From Acidimicrobiia bacterium (GTDB taxonomy: Bacteria; Actinomycetota; Acidimicrobiia; Spongiisociales; ZC4RG35): a DNA stretch of 64,000 nt. The DNA lies in the NCBI GenBank assembly GCA_965203555.1, contig CBDBCY010000004.1, positions 480,001-544,000 on the forward strand. The letters are read 5' to 3'. Both the position numbers and the translations under genes were made by a program. The notes under the pieces are model-generated. The model ran no database searches. It was not told the DNA's origin and saw nothing but the letters and a program-made list of their open reading frames with translations. Shown piece after piece: positions 62,090-64,000 of this stretch; position 1 is the stretch's first letter, and every line of letters starts with the position of its first letter.

Positions 62090-63706
62090 ATGCCGCATAT
62101 GATGGACGATTTCCCGCTACTTCTCTCCACCCTGTACGATCGGGCCGTGAGGCTGTTCCCCGATCAGCAGATCGTCTCAATCGAGTCCGACCGCTCGCTG
62201 ATCCGCACCTCCTATGCCGATACGGACGAACGGATCCGACGCCTGGCCACCGCCTTGGACCGGAAGCTCGGGGTGTCGCAGGGGCAAGCCGTAGGTACCT
62301 TCGCCTGGAACAACCAGCGTCACCACGAGCTCTACTGGGCCACCGCCAACACCGGCCGCATCTGCCATACGCTCAACATCCGCCTGTTCGCAGATCAACT
62401 CGTCTACATCATCAATCACGGCGAAGATCGAGTGGTCTTCGTCGATCCAGACCTCACCGCGCTGTTGGCGCCGATCGTTTCCGAATTGAAGACCGTGAAG
62501 GCATTTGTGGTTATGGGAGACGACGTCTCCGATTGCGGACTTCCCAACGCCATTGCCTACGAGGACCTGATTGCCGACGTGGAACCCCACGGCGCCTGGC
62601 CGGAATTGTCCGAGCGGTCACCGCACATGTTCTGCTACACCTCGGGCACCACCGGAGATCCCAAGGGAGTGGCCTATACCCAGCGCTCCACCTACATGCA
62701 TGTCGTCTCCAACCTGGCCACCGTGCACATCAGCCCCGCAGACAACGTGATGCCGATCGTGCCCATGTTCCACGCCTCGGCGTGGGGATATCCCTTCATG
62801 GCAACCACCCAGGGCTCCAAACTCACCTATCCCGGACCCGACCTGACTGCCGAGGCCCTGGTGCCGCTGATAGAGTCGGAGAGGGTGAGTTTCTCCGCCG
62901 GGGTGCCCACCGTGATGTTGGGCATGAAACAGTACCTGGAGGACTATCCCGGAACGGACATCTCCTCGCTTCAGGCCTTCCTGTGCGGCGGCTCGGCGGT
63001 TCCTCGTTCCCTGATCGAGTGGTTCTGGAAAGCTCAAAGGGTGCGGGTCATCCAGGGATGGGGCATGACCGAGACCAATCCCGTCGCCAGTGTCGCCCTG
63101 CTCAAACCCCACATGATGGACTGGGACTTCGATCGCCAGTTGGACATCCTGGAGACCGCCGGGCTGCCAACCGCCGGCCTGCAGGTCAAGATCGTGGACG
63201 ACGAGGGCCACCGGCTCCCCGAGGACGGCGAGGCGTTCGGGGAACTGCTGATCCGCGGCCCGTGGGTCACCGCAGAGTACTACAACGACCCCCGCACTCC
63301 CCAGTCGTTCCTGGACGGGTGGCTGCGCACCGGGGACGTGTGCAAGATCACCCCGGAAGGATATGTGCGGATCACCGACCGGGCCAAGGATCTGATCAAA
63401 TCCGGCGGGGAGTGGATCTCCTCGGTGGACCTGGAAAACCAACTGATGGCTCATCCGGAAGTGATGGAGGCAGCGGTGGTGGGCGCCAGGCACGACAAAT
63501 GGCAGGAGCGGCCGGTCGCCCTGGTGGTGACGAGGGAAGGGTCGGTGGTCACCGAGCCGGAACTGTTGGAGTTTCTCCGCCCGCATGTGGTGAATTGGTG
63601 GTTGCCGGACCGAGTGATCTTCATAGATGAGATTCCCAAGACCGGCACCGGCAAATTCGACAAGAAGGTGTTGCGAGACAAGCATTGGGAAGTGCTGTCG
63701 GGGTGA
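62090..63706 (+). CDS. Long-chain fatty acid--CoA ligase (AlkK/FadD-like)
   Basis: [57 protein letters not shown]. Confidence 0.93.
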   Translation: MPHMMDDFPLLLSTLYDRAVRLFPDQQIVSIESDRSLIRTSYADTDERIRRLATALDRKLGVSQGQAVGTFAWNNQRHHELYWATANTGRICHTLNIRLFADQLVYIINHGEDRVVFVDPDLTALLAPIVSELKTVKAFVVMGDDVSDCGLPNAIAYEDLIADVEPHGAWPELSERSPHMFCYTSGTTGDPKGVAYTQRSTYMHVVSNLATVHISPADNVMPIVPMFHASAWGYPFMATTQGSKLTYPGPDLTAEALVPLIESERVSFSAGVPTVMLGMKQYLEDYPGTDISSLQAFLCGGSAVPRSLIEWFWKAQRVRVIQGWGMTETNPVASVALLKPHMMDWDFDRQLDILETAGLPTAGLQVKIVDDEGHRLPEDGEAFGELLIRGPWVTAEYYNDPRTPQSFLDGWLRTGDVCKITPEGYVRITDRAKDLIKSGGEWISSVDLENQLMAHPEVMEAAVVGARHDKWQERPVALVVTREGSVVTEPELLEFLRPHVVNWWLPDRVIFIDEIPKTGTGKFDKKVLRDKHWEVLSG

Positions 63707-63712
63707 ACTCCG

Positions 63713-64000
63713 GTGCGTACCCTGGTTCAACTTCACACCTCCCTGGGTTGGTGGGTGGCCGGCGCCACCGGCCTGGTCGGTTTGTGGGGAGTGGCGCTGT
63801 CGGTCATGCGCCGGCCCCCGGGCCGCAGCTTCAACCGGGCGGTGGGGGCGGTGATCGCGGCCATGACCGCCCAGGTCCTGCTCGGCCTGGTCGCTTTGAA
63901 CCTCGACGCCGCCAGAATCGCCGGGAGCCAGCACATCTTCTACGGAGTCCTGGTGTTGTTCACGTTCGCCTTCGCATACATCTACCGGGCAACCCTGCGC
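63713..64000 (+). CDS. Hypothetical membrane protein, partial (runs off the window end)
   Basis: Open frame from GTG 63713: MRTLVQLHTSLGWWVAGATGLVGLWGVAL...AQVLLGLVAL...HIFYGVLVLFTFAFAYIY, three hydrophobic segments. Confidence 0.75.
   Translation, partial: MRTLVQLHTSLGWWVAGATGLVGLWGVALSVMRRPPGRSFNRAVGAVIAAMTAQVLLGLVALNLDAARIAGSQHIFYGVLVLFTFAFAYIYRATLR

Overview
High-GC bacterial chromosome segment, most likely Actinomycetota. The 23S rRNA carries the actinobacterial domain III insertion, and the uvrC-rapZ...pgk-tpiA-secG order is actinobacterial. The Cys-containing SLH domains suggest class Acidimicrobiia (inference). Contents in order: a partial rtcB; an ABC-2 exporter; a rearranged uvrA/uvrC-rapZ-pgk-tpiA-gpmA-secG block with small toxin-antitoxin-type insertions, an integrase remnant and an SLH gene; a ~28 kb putative cyclic-amide/N-heterocycle catabolic region; one rRNA operon on the minus strand; tyrS; an SbcCD/Mre11-Rad50-like pair; a YbjT-like SDR and an acyl-CoA ligase. 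The catabolic region has one hydantoinase/oxoprolinase A gene followed by three tandem, closely related B genes, an amidohydrolase, an M20 protein with a rewired active site, a NicX-like protein, an SDR, a Dpp/Opp ABC importer and a second A/B pair. It also holds a CsaB-like pyruvyltransferase-glycosyltransferase fusion and an OLD-like ATPase. Three SLH-domain proteins occur in the window. The 23S gene is interrupted at E. coli-equivalent position 1931 by a 627-nt group I intron encoding a single-motif LAGLIDADG homing endonuclease. Several single-base frameshifts (uvrA x3, PIN toxin, ATPase C-terminus) may be sequencing indels. All calls come from reading the sequence and recalled family motifs; no searches were run.
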